A stretch of 64,000 bases of DNA from Octopus sinensis (lineage: Eukaryota), in the NCBI RefSeq assembly GCF_006345805.1, contig NC_042999.1, forward strand, positions 119,536,001 through 119,600,000, written 5' to 3'. Positions 53,724 to 64,000 of this stretch are shown one piece after another; position 1 is the first letter of the stretch; each line of letters begins with the position of its first letter. Both the position numbers and the translations under genes were made by a program. The notes below the pieces were generated by a model, which did no database searches, was not told the origin of the DNA, and saw nothing but the letters and a program-made list of their open reading frames with translations.

Positions 53724-55616
53724 CGTGCATGTGTGTGTGTGTGTGTAGGCTTGTGAGTGGATTTGGTACAGCTTTATTTTTATAAAATAACTTCTTTTAA
53801 ATTCTTTTAAAAGACATTATATAGTCACTCTACTTACTCACCCTTGAAATAGTAATGACATCTCCCTCAGTTTGCACTCTATTGTCTTCAAAAAAAAAAA
53901 TGTAGGAAATATTGAATACTGGAATTAGATATACTGTTTGGATAAAAGATGGGATAGTCATAGCACTGAAAATATATCTGCTGCATCTTTTAAATGACAC
54001 ATTATCTTCTGGAACCCCAAGAATATTTTCATGGAACTCTAGGATTTCTCAAAATCTAATTTGAAAATTTCTGCCTTAGACTATATTTAATATATTCAGA
54101 TTATCTTAGAAATAGAAACAAGTTGATGTGCTGATCTAGATTGGTGGCTAATGTTGTTGTTATTGTTATGAGCCAAAAAGGAGTCGCTATGTAGTCACTC
54201 ATCCTTAAAATTGCAGCTAAATCTCTCTCAATACACATCCTACTGTCTTAAAAAAATGGAAGATTTTGGTTAATGTAATTAGATAAACGGTTTGAATAAA
54301 AATGGGATAGTAATAGCATTGTTCATATATCTGCTCAGCCATTGTTGTTGTTGTTAGTGGTGGTGGTGGTGGTGGTGGTGTTATTTAGCTCTAGGATGGA
54401 TCTGATTGATAAAAACCTATAATCAAAATAATCCAACCAAGACGATATCTTCTGGTTTTTAGATGGTAGGATGTAACTTGAAAATGACTTGGTGGTTATT
54501 TCTAACTTGTAGAGTTCCTCTCATGAGATGTTAGAGAAATGATGTATTGATAAGAGATATTTTTTTATTTTTAGCAAAGGATAAAAATGACAAAGATCAT
54601 CCCTGAGTCATATAGACTGGTTTTCTGGTTCCTGTGGTGTATGTATATATTCAACCCCTGGATTGGATGGGATGCCAGTCTATTGCTGGATTACTCATCA
54701 TTGCCAGCTGAGTTAACTGGAGCAACATAAAATGCAGTGCTTTGCTCAAGAACACAACACATTGCCCAGCTGAGGAATTGAAACCACAATCTTACAACCT
54801 TGAATCCAACACCCCTAACCACTAAGCTACACATCTCCACATTTTTGGCAAAGAAAAGTATTTTATTTCCTAATGAAGAGCTTTCCCAAAAATATAAGTC
54901 CTTAGTTCTTTTTAAATAATACCACACAAGCATACACCCATTTTTCTAATTTCTTTCTTGTTTCATTTGACTCCAGTTGACATAGACCATCACTAAACTA
55001 CCAATTCTAGTGAATATCCATATTCTTTGAACAATCTAAGATTATAAATAAGTTAATTAAATTTTCATTTACTGGATTATAATATATCTAAAAATATCTG
55101 CTTCTGATAACCTGAGCCAATTATTAAATTGCTGCTCTCTGAGAGTATACTGTATAGAAATAAGTATTAAATTAGTTCAGAATCAGTTATTTCTTGTACA
55201 TTGATTTCTATGAAATGGATCACAGTTCTGAACAAAGCAGCTGCAGAAAAAAAAATGGTTATGTGATATAGACTTATAAATTAGTAATTAGATTTTCAAA
55301 TAGCAAAGGGTTATTAGTACAAAGTTCAAATAAGATTCACAATGAACTACTGCTCCTCTAGCTGTGATAGAGCCTTTGTTCTATCTACAGAAATAACTGA
55401 GATCATATACAACAGTGAGCCATGTGATTGACTGATAAAGTCTCTCTCACTAACATACTATAATGATAAGTTGCATACTAAATGAGTGTTGTACACCCAC
55501 TAAAAATGGGTAAATTTTCTTCTTGATATTTCTATCCTTGCAGTATTAGCATGATAAGATAATCTGCTCTTAATTTTTTTCACATCTAATAATACATACA
55601 CTGAGTCAAAGATTAA

Positions 55617-55950
55617 CTCTTTAGCATTTAAAGTGGCCATGTCCTGCTCAGATATTCTACCTGTTTTATGTTCAAACTGTTAAGATCTGGACTCTTACAC
55701 TTACCCTACAATGTCATTCTAAAAATATACTCTTCTTACTCGCTTTTACTTGTTTCAGTCATTTGACTGTGGTCATCCTGGAGTACCGCCTTTAGTTGAG
55801 CAAATCGACCTCAGGACTTATTCTTTGTAATCCTAGTACTTATTCTATCGGTCTCTTTTGCCGAACCACTAAGTTACGGGGACGTAAACACACCAGCATC
55901 GGTTGTCAAGCGACGTTGGGGAGACAAACATAGACACACAAACACACACG

Positions 55951-55996
<46 letters not shown>

Positions 55997-56252
55997 CATA
56001 CAACGGGCTTCTTTCAGTTTCCGTCTACTAAATCTACTCACAAGGCTTTGGTCAGCCCAAGGACATAGTAGAAGACACTTGCCCAAGGTGCCACGCAGTG
56101 GGACTGAACCCAGAACCATGTGGTTTGTAAGCAAGCTACTTACCCCACAGCCACTCCTGAAATATCTAAGCTATGAGATATTGCATGATTAATTCAAAAC
56201 AATGTGAATAAATAAGTGTTAAATTTGACAGAGTAATATGAATGTTAAAGGG
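55617..56252. mobile_element. piggyBac-type MITE split by a family B SINE
   Basis: TTAA|ctctttagcatt left part to ~55735; right part resumes ~56160 and ends aatgttaaaggg|TTAA; same family as 41092. Confidence 0.75.
55745..56160 (-). mobile_element. SINE family B, full copy (nested)
   Basis: Reverse complement of 26015-26432. Confidence 0.9.
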
Positions 56253-56339
56253 TTAAAGCCAGATTAATGTTGTATAATATACAGAAATTGCTCAAAGCTT
56301 CTATAGTTATACTTACATTTGAGTATTACATTGAATGTG

Positions 56340-56640
56340 GAGGCGCAATGCCCAGTGGTTAGGGCAGCAGACTCACTGTCGGAGGATCATGGTTTCGATT
56401 CCAAGACTGGGCGTTGTGTGTGTTTATTGAGCGAAAATACCTAAAAGCTCCACGAGGCTCTGGCAGGGGGTGGTGGTGACCCCTGTTGTACTCTTTCACC
56501 ACAAATTTCTCTCACTCTCTCTCTTCCTGTTTCCTGAGTAATGCTGCAATGGAGTGGCCTCCCGTCCAGCTGGGGGGAACACATATGCCACAGAAACCGG
56601 GAAACCGGGCCCATGAGCCTGGCTAGGCTTGAAAAGGGTG
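56340..56640 (+). mobile_element. SINE family A
   Basis: Matches 18594-18911 along its length. Confidence 0.85.
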
Positions 56641-57519
56641 ACGAGACGAGTACATTCAACATGATGGCCCATTTCCTATGATGACCAGCATTAAATAACA
56701 CTCACTGTAATCTCTGGTTCACAGATCTTTACTCTGTCTGTTCTTTAACTACTAGATGGCCCGTGTTCCTCTGAATAGAACAGTCAGATATCGTTACCTC
56801 CACCCAGATAATCATCTCTCCTCCTCTGCCCTGAATTTCTACTATATGTAAATTTTACACAAACCATTTGATCCAGTCCTTCCATCCCAGAATACCAGCC
56901 TCTGAAATCTCCACCCTGTTTATATTTCTTCTGCAGACATTGATGCATCACAAATTTTTGCAGTAGAAAACCAGCCATTTCCATTTCACAAATCTAGAAG
57001 ACTGTGACCGTCATGGGCATTGAGTTTTCTCCGAAGACATAGAAAAAGATGTTTGATATTTATCTAGAAATATTTTCCCTTTCATTATTTCTTTTATGTT
57101 TACACCTTCATTTACATTTAACAGATATTAATGTACGTGTTTTTATTTTTTTTAGAAATAATCTTACATTGACACATCAAATTAGAAAGACTTCAGAAAT
57201 GTAAAAGAAAAGCAAAGGTAGAAAAAAAAAATAAATAAATTGGGAATTAAAAGGTACGCAAATATCTGTCTAGTTATCTGTTTGTCTGTTTGTCTGTCTA
57301 TCTTGCATATACATACACATATGTATACATATATAAATATGTGTGTGTGTATGTATGTGTGTGTGAGTATCTAAATATACATATATATATATGCATGCAC
57401 ATTCATATATATGCATACAAACACACATTTCACACACACATATAAGCATATACAATAGTAATCTCCCAATCAACATACTTACCAGCCTACCTACTTACCT
57501 CCCTTCCTACCTACCTATG

Positions 57520-57927
57520 TCCGTATGTACATACGTTTGTACCTACCTACCTACCTACTTACCTACCTACGTACCTACCTACCTACCTACCTACCTACGT
57601 ACCTACGTACCTACCTACCTACCTACCTACCTACCTACCTACCTTCATACATACATGCACACAAGGTGTTCAAGCTAAATTTGATGATTTTTATGTTTCC
57701 TTTTTTCTGGTACTGCTTGAAGTGTTCATACCTACCTACCTACCTACTTACCTACCTACCTACTTACCTACATACGTACCTACCTACGTACGTACCTATC
57801 TACCTACCTACGTACCTACGTACCTACCTACCTACCTACCTACCTTCATACATACATGCACACAAGGTGTTCAAGCTAAATTTGATGATTTTTATGTTTC
57901 CTTTTTTCTGGTACTGCTTGAAGTGTT
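57520..57927. repeat. Tandem duplication, ~201-bp period ((ACCT)n plus 86-nt identical block)
   Basis: 57641-57726 identical to 57842-57927. Confidence 0.9.
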
Positions 57928-58300
57928 GATGAACAATCAACTGCAGTGGAGAGCATAATCAAAGTTGTATTTGAGAAAAAGTTAGCTGACACAGAGCATT
58001 GGAAGCCATTGGAATATTGGTAAAGAGTCATCTGTATCATGATAATTCATGCCTGGTATCAAAATGCTGACATCATAACTGTTGCTCAAGGTTCTGTGGA
58101 CACTGTAAAGGCTGCAAAGTGCGACATGGACAGCTGCAACAGAGACTACGAAGCAGTGATCAGCAGGAAGGGACACAGCAAGCATTCTGACTGCATCCAC
58201 TCAACAGAATTCATCCAACAACTGCAGAAACAGGTCCTAAGGCTTGTTTCAGAAGTCTACGTAAAACTGCTGGAGACTGTATTCAAACCCTGGGACTAGG
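57863..58300 (+). mobile_element. DD37D 5' fragment with internal deletion (family of 38922-40118)
   Basis: TIR-like caaggtgttcaagctaaatttga; NADIITVAQGSVDTVK...DMDSCNRDY matches 39045-39240. Confidence 0.8.
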
Positions 58301-58499
58301 TAAAACTTCCAATGGTGTACTAAATGCAAGTGTGGACTCACAAGAAGTATAGTGGTATCATTGGCAGATTAACAGAGGAAATACAGGCAATCAACACTTA
58401 TTTTCCCAATTAATATGTATCACTAATTACTCTTCCACTATTTACACCTATGCTCTTCCCAAGTTCTGTTCATCATCTACTCTTCTCATTTCTTTACTG

Positions 58500-58725
58500 C
58501 CCACAAGGGGCTACACACAGAGGGGACAAACAAAGACAGACAAACGGATTAAGTTGACTATATCAACTCCAGTGCATAACTGGTACTTATCTAATCGACC
58601 CCCCCCCCCCCCCCGAAAGGATGAAAGGCAAAGTCGACCATGGCAGAATTTGAACCCAGAACATAGTGGCAGATGAAACACCGCTAAGCATTTCACCTGG
58701 TGTGCTAATGTTTCTGCCAGCTTGC
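58500..58725 (-). mobile_element. SINE family C, full copy
   Basis: Reverse complement of 12550-12778. Confidence 0.85.
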
Positions 58726-60292
58726 TGCCTTGCTTCTGTTCATCATCTACTTTTCTCAGTCTTCTATCTATCTTATATTTATCGTCAACATCCCAGTTAC
58801 CATAACCTCTGTTCATCATGCAGTATATTTGCAAACCTACCCCATTTTTACCATCTTTACTCATTCCATACACTCTTATAAGCTCCTCTGCCCCTATAAA
58901 TCGCTCAGTTATTTCATCCCAACCATCCTTATTTCTTGTTCCAGCTCCATATCAAGTAATCTCACACATCCCAAATATTCTTGCATAATGTGAACAACCA
59001 CATATATCTTTTACAGCAAGAAACCAGATTCTATGTCTTCCTCCATACTCTAACGTTTCATTACCTAGCATAAAGCTATATCTCTATTTCCTGCAGCCTC
59101 ACTCAACCAATGTGGACTACAAATAGCTTCAAAAAAAAAAAAAGCACCTAGTATACTCTCTAAAATGATCCTTATTAAGAAAAGCATTTAGTGTATCTCA
59201 ATAATTATGGGTTAGGATTATATAACAGACATCCTTTTTTGAGTTGTACATTATTAGAATAAAATCAATGTTACTGAAGTGCAGAAGTATGCTGTAGCAT
59301 GATCATCTAGCAATGGTTCATAAAGAAAGCTTGACAGACGTGTCTTCGAACTAGCTATTCTCTGCTAAGATATCAGCATTTATAGTAAAGAAGGGTCTCA
59401 GACATCTCAGACAAAATGCTTTTGATTGATCAAGACCAGGTTTTGGCGTGATTCACCAAGCAGCAACTTTTATCCAATGAAATACTATAATTAATTCATA
59501 AAACCACTCAGCTTGAGAGGAATTTGTAATTAATAATTGTTTCCCACCAATTCATTATGTGTGAACATCATTCATGACGATTTTATGTGTTTATTCTATA
59601 TCTGCATCTGTTTGTTCTATATTTGTATGTGTTTGTTCAGCAGACCATGACAGATATTAGTAACTATCCTAGGAAATGTCTGGAAGTACCTAAAATTGCA
59701 TGTTTGTGTCTCATCAAGGTCAAGAGTATTTTGTAATAGTAAACATAACAGCATGATTAAGAAGTTCACTTTGCAATCTTCTACTACAGCCCTAGACCAA
59801 AATATGTGTTGTAAAGGAACTTGATAAGTGGAGACTGCAAGGAAACTTACTAAATATGCATGTGTTTGTGTGTGCATGTGTGTGGATCTTTTGTGTACTA
59901 CTAAGTGTCATAGAAAATCTCTGGATCTCATCAATGGACTACACACACACCTTTTTTGTCTCTCTCTGATCTTTTTCATTTTCTCTGTTATTTTTCCTTT
60001 CAATCCTTTCTGTGAAAGTGCATAGGCTCAAAATATCAAAGGCTTTTCCATTCTTCCCAAGCATTAAACTAATACATCTGCTTGTTGTTCCTTCACCTGT
60101 CTTTGTCTTTTGTTTTCTGCAATTCTGAACTATATGTGTGTGTGTGTAAGCAGAGGCATGGCAATGTGTTTGGGAAACATGGTTTCCAGCCATATGATTT
60201 TAGGTTCAGTTCTACTATGTGCCATTATGGGCAAATGTCTGATATGGTAGCCTTTGGCTGCACAAAACCTCTTGATTTTATTTGGTTATATA

Positions 60293-60510
60293 TGAGGTGG
60301 GGGGCTGAAAAGTTCCTGGCTTTAAGGCTATTGCAAATGACTTGGATGGAATCCCAACTTTCCAAGTTGTTTTACAAGGCTTAGAAAAACTAAAGGACCA
60401 CTGCAATAAATGTGTGAATCTTAGAGTGGAATGTGTTGAATGAAATCATAATTGATTGAACGCCCAGTATTTTCTTTTACTCAAAGCCAAGAACTTTTCA
60501 GCCCTCTCCT
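60293..60510 (+). mobile_element. Mariner-derived MITE
   Basis: TIRs gggctgaaaagttcctggctt / aagccaagaacttttcagccc; retains C-terminal KCVNLRVECVE*. Confidence 0.8.
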
Positions 60511-61199
60511 TACACACACACACACACACACACATTCACTTATACACTTGAGTTGTAAATTACTGATTTTGGCATGTATCTGGTCAGAATCTCATAATTA
60601 GATTTGCACCAAATATTGCATTTGGTAATATTGCTGATCTCTTCAGACATGGTGGGGCTTCTGGTCATTATGTCTGAAGAGACGTTAATATGGTCAAATG
60701 CAAGAATCAACATGAAACTGATGGTAATATTCTGATTAATTATATGGCATAACCAGTAATACACCATTCGATGATATGAAAACATAACAAGTGTTTCTTA
60801 TTTAGAGTGTCTTTCTTATAACTTATGGATAACTCATTGATAATATATGTGTATGTATTTATGTATGCAGATATGTATGTATGTATGTATACATGCATGT
60901 ATGCACATATATATGTATGTATTATGTGTGTGTGTGTTTTGCACATGTGTTTGTGTATATCCTTGTGCTGACATCACATGACTGTTGTTAATGGGTATCC
61001 CCACCATACAAATGTTATTGCTCATTTCCAGACTTGCATGGAAAACATGCCTGACCATAGGAAATATTATTTTACTTGGAAAGAGGTATGGGTTGGTGAC
61101 AGGAAGGGCACTCAGTTGCAGAAAACTCTGCCTCATTGAATTCCATCTGGCTTGTAGTTACATTGGGAAGTGGAAGCTAAAGCAATGACTAATATAAAT

Positions 61200-61655
<456 letters not shown>

Positions 61656-64000
61656 CATATAAAAATGATGTGAAATATATGATAAGGATATTAAAATATT
61701 CTAGGAATGGTAGAATTTCATTTTCAGACCCAAAATAATTGTTTTGCAGGGTTGGGTAAATGTTGGTAGTTATGTAAAATTAACTTCATTAACATTGGAA
61801 GCCAAGTGAAAAGGAGTTGGGTGCTACAATGGCCACTTGAATGAGAGCAATTATCTATACAGAAAGAGATGGCAGGGTGAAGATGAAACTGGAATGATAT
61901 CAGATATCAGAGCTAATAATTTCATTTAAAGTTACAAAATTCCATTGTCTTCTTGTCCCTTTGGTGTATGCATGTGAGTGCATGTATGTATGCAATATTA
62001 AATTCTTTTGTATCAAATTTCTACACAGCATAGGTGTAACCAAAGAACTTTATTAGATATGTTTCTTTGATTTGGAAAGAATAATTCAATTAAGAACTAT
62101 TTATTTTTAACCTTAACATTGTTATTCCCAGAAACATTTTAATTTTTGAACAACGATATTGAATAGTGAAGGATCTTTAAATCAATATTGAAAGAAAATG
62201 GTTATGAACGTGCAACCTGACTTAAACCTTAAATAATTCTAGATCAGCTGTTTACTTTTTGATGACACTAAGTGTACTTTCAGTTAGGTTTCAATCAATG
62301 TCTATATTAAACTTGAAACAGCTCTTTAGATTGTTTGCATAAAAATATAAATTTCTATTAAGTTGTCTGACAAAATAATATGATTTCCATTTCTTAAGTA
62401 GAAAACAAATGACTTGAGGCTACAAACATCAAGGCTGTCTTAACAGTCTTACAAACCCCCAGGCAAAGTAATGTACTTGGGTTTATAGTATTTGTTAATT
62501 AAGAGCAAGCCACAGTGCATAGATTAGCACTGGACCCTTGGTGTCATAGCACAGCTCTTAGTGTGCTCATGCTTTAAAATGGCACTGACAGGTATCCTTT
62601 TGTTTTGCATATGATTGAATTTGATGGTGAGTGCTCCAGCTGTTTGAACTACTTGCTCATTGACTTATACTGTGACTCATTTTCCCACAAACACTTATCT
62701 ATTTAGACAGAATCAACATGATGCATTGTGTGTGTTTGTGTAGCAAGGCTGGCTCTTTGAATTAAAAGTACAGTTCATCCATTAGGTTTACACACAGTTT
62801 CCACCTAACCAAGTTTACTTGCTAGGTTTTGGACATGATTAAAAACCTGTCAGATATATTGTACTTGTAACTTATTCGGAAAAGGACTGGTGGACGGGTG
62901 AATAAGTTCACTTCTAAATCATGAGGTCCTGATTTCTGTATTTACACATACATATAAGCACACATATACACAATTAGGATGGGCTTTAGATTGCAGGTAT
63001 CCATTTATTTCACTTATGAGTGTGATTGCTGTTGTTGAGTTTGATTTGGATCAGCTATTTATCAGTAGACCTTGTGAATAAAGAATGTTTGCAATGCAAT
63101 GACTCTCCTATCTTTATGGCAGAAGTAGTTGTAACATTCAATATTTGTAATCCTCATTTTAAAAACAATAAGGATTTTTTGGTTGAAGGAAAAACGGTTT
63201 TTACTTTACTTAGATCTATGATTCATAGAATTCCAATATAGTCACTCAATTATACTTATTGCATATCTAATTTTGAATTAACCTTTTTTTTTATTAAAAG
63301 TATACAGAATAGCTTGTGTTTTTCTATCAACACATGCAGTTTGATAACATTTCAGTTAATAGAAGTTAAACCTACCTTTGCGATACTTTCAGGGCAACAG
63401 TTGTACATTGCATTTCTATTTATATGTATTTTGTAATTTTGTTATTGTTGATGACCCATAGTCCATTACTTTGTAAATATATCATTGCATAAATCATCTT
63501 AATATACTCTTTACAGAGATCAGTTCTCAACGGAAATTATCACTCAGCAAACTCTAGCCACATGATGGGTTAAATTCAGTTTTGTAAGCTAACAAAACAT
63601 TTGCTATTCTTATTGTTCATCTGTTGTTTATACAAGTTTTGTTTGGTGAGTTAAATTCACAGTTAGGTGGACTGAGTCATTAGACTATTTTCTCAGTTAT
63701 AACTCCAATTCAGCACTGTTAGCATAATTTTATCCACTAAAATATCAGTAGGTTTACCAGTAGTCTGTTTTCTTAGTAAACTGTACAAGTAGGGAATGTA
63801 TTACTAGCATTTTCTATATTTCCAAAGTTATGCACTCCTTGAAGAATGTTGCTGTAACAGAGAATTTCTCTAATGTGAAACACATTTTTCCATGTTATGC
63901 CAATAAATATACAAATCAAATCAATGGAAAAATAAAGTTTTGAGCTCTGGAACTCCACACTACAGCAATATTTTCATGTACACAATACTTCTGTAACAAT

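Noticed and set aside
18860-56410. tRNA-like A/B boxes at 18860-18905, 26015-26075 and 56340-56410
   Set aside because: They are heads of repeated SINEs with no complete cloverleaf, not tRNA genes.
56700-57000. Possible terminal exon (ttcttctgcag|...IDASQIFAVENQPFPFHKSRRL*)
   Set aside because: Only a single splice site and a short frame; no supporting upstream exon.
59150-59470. Minus-strand RPF..INAD.ILA resembling an L1/Tx1 RT motif
   Set aside because: Probably a LINE trace, but too decayed to call.
60558-60580. ITDFGM kinase-like DFG motif
   Set aside because: Flanked by stops, with no HRD or APE context.

Overview
AT-rich, microsatellite-saturated animal DNA with no bacterial-type features. 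The repeat complement (several tRNA-headed SINE families, RTE-type LINE tails, DD37D/mariner/pogo DNA transposons, compound (TA)/(CA)/(ATCT)/(GAT) arrays) looks like coleoid cephalopod (Octopus-like) intronic or intergenic DNA; the taxon is inferred from repeat style. I can support no intact host protein-coding gene, and almost all ORFs in the supplied track are microsatellite artefacts. Recognisable coding remnants are all mobile-element derived. These are five DD37D (maT-type) Tc1/mariner pieces (one full length with TIRs and TA TSD), a mariner, a full-length DD35D pogo with intact catalytic triad, a HERO-clade non-LTR C-terminus (CCHC plus restriction-like endonuclease), and RTE and L1/Tx1 LINE remnants. 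Non-autonomous elements include two Helitron-type elements, piggyBac-type TTAA MITEs and other fold-back MITEs. The best second-look items are two Penelope-type minimal hammerhead ribozyme motifs, a ~390 bp fold-back palindrome, and close inverted SINE pairs (potential dsRNA/ADAR substrates). Also worth checking are local duplications carrying C-type-lectin-like Cys motifs and hand-picked candidate micro-exons. Coordinates of degenerate repeats are approximate, and identities are by eye.
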